A stretch of 23,144 nucleotides of DNA from Bacteroidota bacterium (GTDB lineage Bacteria; Bacteroidota; Ignavibacteria; UBA10030; UBA8401): NCBI GenBank assembly GCA_049317705.1, contig JBMOHT010000049.1, forward strand, positions 1 to 23,144. Reading direction: 5' to 3'. How positions within the stretch are numbered: the first letter of the stretch is position 1; every line of letters starts with the position of its first letter. The position numbers and the translations under genes are program-made. Positions 21,811 to 23,144 of the stretch are shown in pieces. The notes under the pieces were generated by a model that worked only from the letters and a program-made list of their open reading frames with translations, had not been told where the DNA came from and made no database searches.

Positions 21811-22224
21811 TCAATTGATGATGGTCACGATATTGCCGGATGGCGTGACAGTGCAGATAATAACCGGAAGTGTGCCGTCGGCGAAGAACGTGTTGCCCGT
21901 CCCCCGCAGCACAACCTGACCGGCAATACCGGCCGAACTGATGGTATATTCCCCGTTCCCATTATGAGAGAACGCGGTCGAGACAAGCTTTGCCATTCCC
22001 GCCGCATCCGCGGTAAGTCCGACAAAGGAATGACCGCCGCCGCCGTTCGCTGCCGGGGAAGAATAATACTGCATCGCTCTGGCGGAAAGATTCAACAAGT
22101 CCGATGCCATGGAATCGCGATTCGCCGTGATGGAATTCTCTTGAACGAGCGTGATGGCGACCGCAATGGTAACGCCGATGATGATCATACCTAAGATGAT
22201 CAGTAGAATTTGGTTCTGACCCAT
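21811..22224 (-). CDS. Small pilin-like protein (N-terminal hydrophobic alpha-helix plus a Gly-rich globular part) without a canonical prepilin cleavage motif
   Basis: 137 aa. MGQNQILLIILGMIIIGVTIAVAITLVQENSITANRDSMASDLLNLSARAMQYY resembles the type IV pilin / pseudopilin alpha-1 helix, but it lacks the G-F/M-T-L-I-E motif and Glu5. AAAGGAAG lies 6 nt upstream of the ATG. Confidence 0.45.
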   Translation of the reverse strand: MGQNQILLIILGMIIIGVTIAVAITLVQENSITANRDSMASDLLNLSARAMQYYSSPAANGGGGHSFVGLTADAAGMAKLVSTAFSHNGNGEYTISSAGIAGQVVLRGTGNTFFADGTLPVIICTVTPSGNIVTIIN

Positions 22225-22268
22225 TTCATCTTCCTTTTCACTTTGGTGGATATTGAAACACTATTTCG

Positions 22269-23144
22269 TTACGACAAGAAACCTTCCAGCCGTAATTTCT
22301 CAATTGCGCACTCACACGGCGGGCATTCTGTGATCCCATTCTCTTTCCAGATCAATATTTGCTTTAGAACGTTCTTCATCTCCGACAAGAGCACTTCGCG
22401 CTCCTTTTCGATCACTTTTCTGTGCGTGATATCCCGCAGAAACGTAATTAACTTGCCCCCGTGGAAATGACGGAACTGGACACTGACCTCTACATTATAG
22501 ATGGTGCCATCCTTCCGGCGATGTATTGTCTCAAACCTGTCCTCAGATTCGATCATGACTGTGGAGAGATGTTCCATCGTTGTCTGTTCAATTTCGGATG
22601 CTTCGAGATCGAAGATGCTCATAGTGAGCAGTTCATCCTTACTGTAGCCTGACATCTCACAGTATTTCTCATTCGCTTCGAGCAATTTTCCGTTAAGGTC
22701 AACGATCCAAAATCCATCCAATGCCGATTCGATGATCTCTTTCCTCCACGCTTCCTGGTCACGGAGTTTCCTCTCGGAATATATTTTATCCAAGGCCAAA
22801 TGCCATTCACGAATGGAGCGCTGAACAATACGGTGGATCATTGCGAAGAAATCGGCAGATTTTGGGAAATAATCGAGTGCGCCGGATTTCATCATCTTTA
22901 CAGCCATCGCTTCATCCCCTTGCGATGTCAACACAATCACAGGGAATATCCCTTTGCTGATCGATATGAGAGTATCGCCGTTCCCGTCCGGCAGGAACTG
23001 GTCGGTGAACATCAGCATCGGAGCAGCTTGTCCGATCATCTCAACGGCACCGGCAATGGTACCGGAAATATGGACGCGGTACGGCTCCGGAGCTTCTTCA
23101 AGCGCTCGCTTCATTAATTCGGCGTGTTCCGGATTGTCCTCAAC
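22269..23144 (-). CDS. REC-PAS response regulator, 5' end outside the window
   Basis: The reading frame stays open upstream of the tracked Met at 23114. Positions 23144..23115 translate to VEDNPEHAEL, a typical REC beta-1/alpha-1 start. REC motifs: MLMFTDQFLPDGNG, VIVLTSQG, DYFPKS. The PAS/PAC domain ends in LRDITHRK. The C-terminal tail carries ECPPCEC. Confidence 0.8.
   Translation of the reverse strand, partial: VEDNPEHAELMKRALEEAPEPYRVHISGTIAGAVEMIGQAAPMLMFTDQFLPDGNGDTLISISKGIFPVIVLTSQGDEAMAVKMMKSGALDYFPKSADFFAMIHRIVQRSIREWHLALDKIYSERKLRDQEAWRKEIIESALDGFWIVDLNGKLLEANEKYCEMSGYSKDELLTMSIFDLEASEIEQTTMEHLSTVMIESEDRFETIHRRKDGTIYNVEVSVQFRHFHGGKLITFLRDITHRKVIEKEREVLLSEMKNVLKQILIWKENGITECPPCECAIEKLRLEGFLS

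Noticed and set aside
23112-23114. Met at 23114 as the true start of the last gene.
   Set aside because: The frame is open to the window edge, and the upstream codons (VEDNPEHAEL) encode the conserved start of a receiver domain. The gene is therefore truncated by the window rather than starting here.
1-23144. A genomic island, prophage or defence island inserted next to the tRNA gene.
   Set aside because: There is no integrase, transposase, direct repeat of the tRNA 3' end, phage structural gene or recognisable defence gene. Gene orientation and apparent composition look uniform across the window.

Overview
I can support sixteen protein-coding genes and one truncated tRNA, all on the minus strand. 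There is no integrase, transposase, CRISPR array or rRNA. The taxon is a guess: a DUF2723 membrane protein, a TAnnTTTG-type promoter box and 'gtcattctgaacgaagtgaagaatc'-style palindromic intergenic repeats suggest an FCB-group (Ignavibacteria/Bacteroidota-like) genome.

The window falls into three blocks:
- Block 1 (1-3390): tRNA-Thr(UGU), a DUF2723 glycosyltransferase-like membrane protein, and an orphan CheY-like response regulator flanked by two long intergenic regions full of nested palindromic repeats.
- Block 2 (3391-15127): dense signalling genes. A translationally coupled operon encodes a 1865-aa GAF/PAS hybrid histidine kinase, a REC-PAS-HATPase protein with no recognisable H-box, and a sigma-54 enhancer-binding protein with a non-canonical Walker B (PE) and a GAYSGA loop. 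A second small operon encodes a pseudo-receiver, a REC-kinase with Ser at the H-box His position, and a single-domain receiver.
- Block 3 (15327-23144): the most interesting part. MotA and MotB stator genes are co-transcribed with a TPR protein, a secreted envelope protein, and a 595-aa membrane protein that reads as a miniature FliF-like periplasmic module, a TM helix and FliG middle/C-terminal domains. No other flagellar gene is present. An HTH plus degenerate B12-binding-like regulator, a pilin-like protein and a REC-PAS protein flank it.

I interpret this as a candidate non-flagellar, ion-driven rotor-stator machine. Three sigma-54-like -24/-12 motifs sit at the heads of three operons, so it may be under sigma-54/two-component control. 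Every family assignment comes from manual motif reading. No database search was possible, so novelty is unverified.
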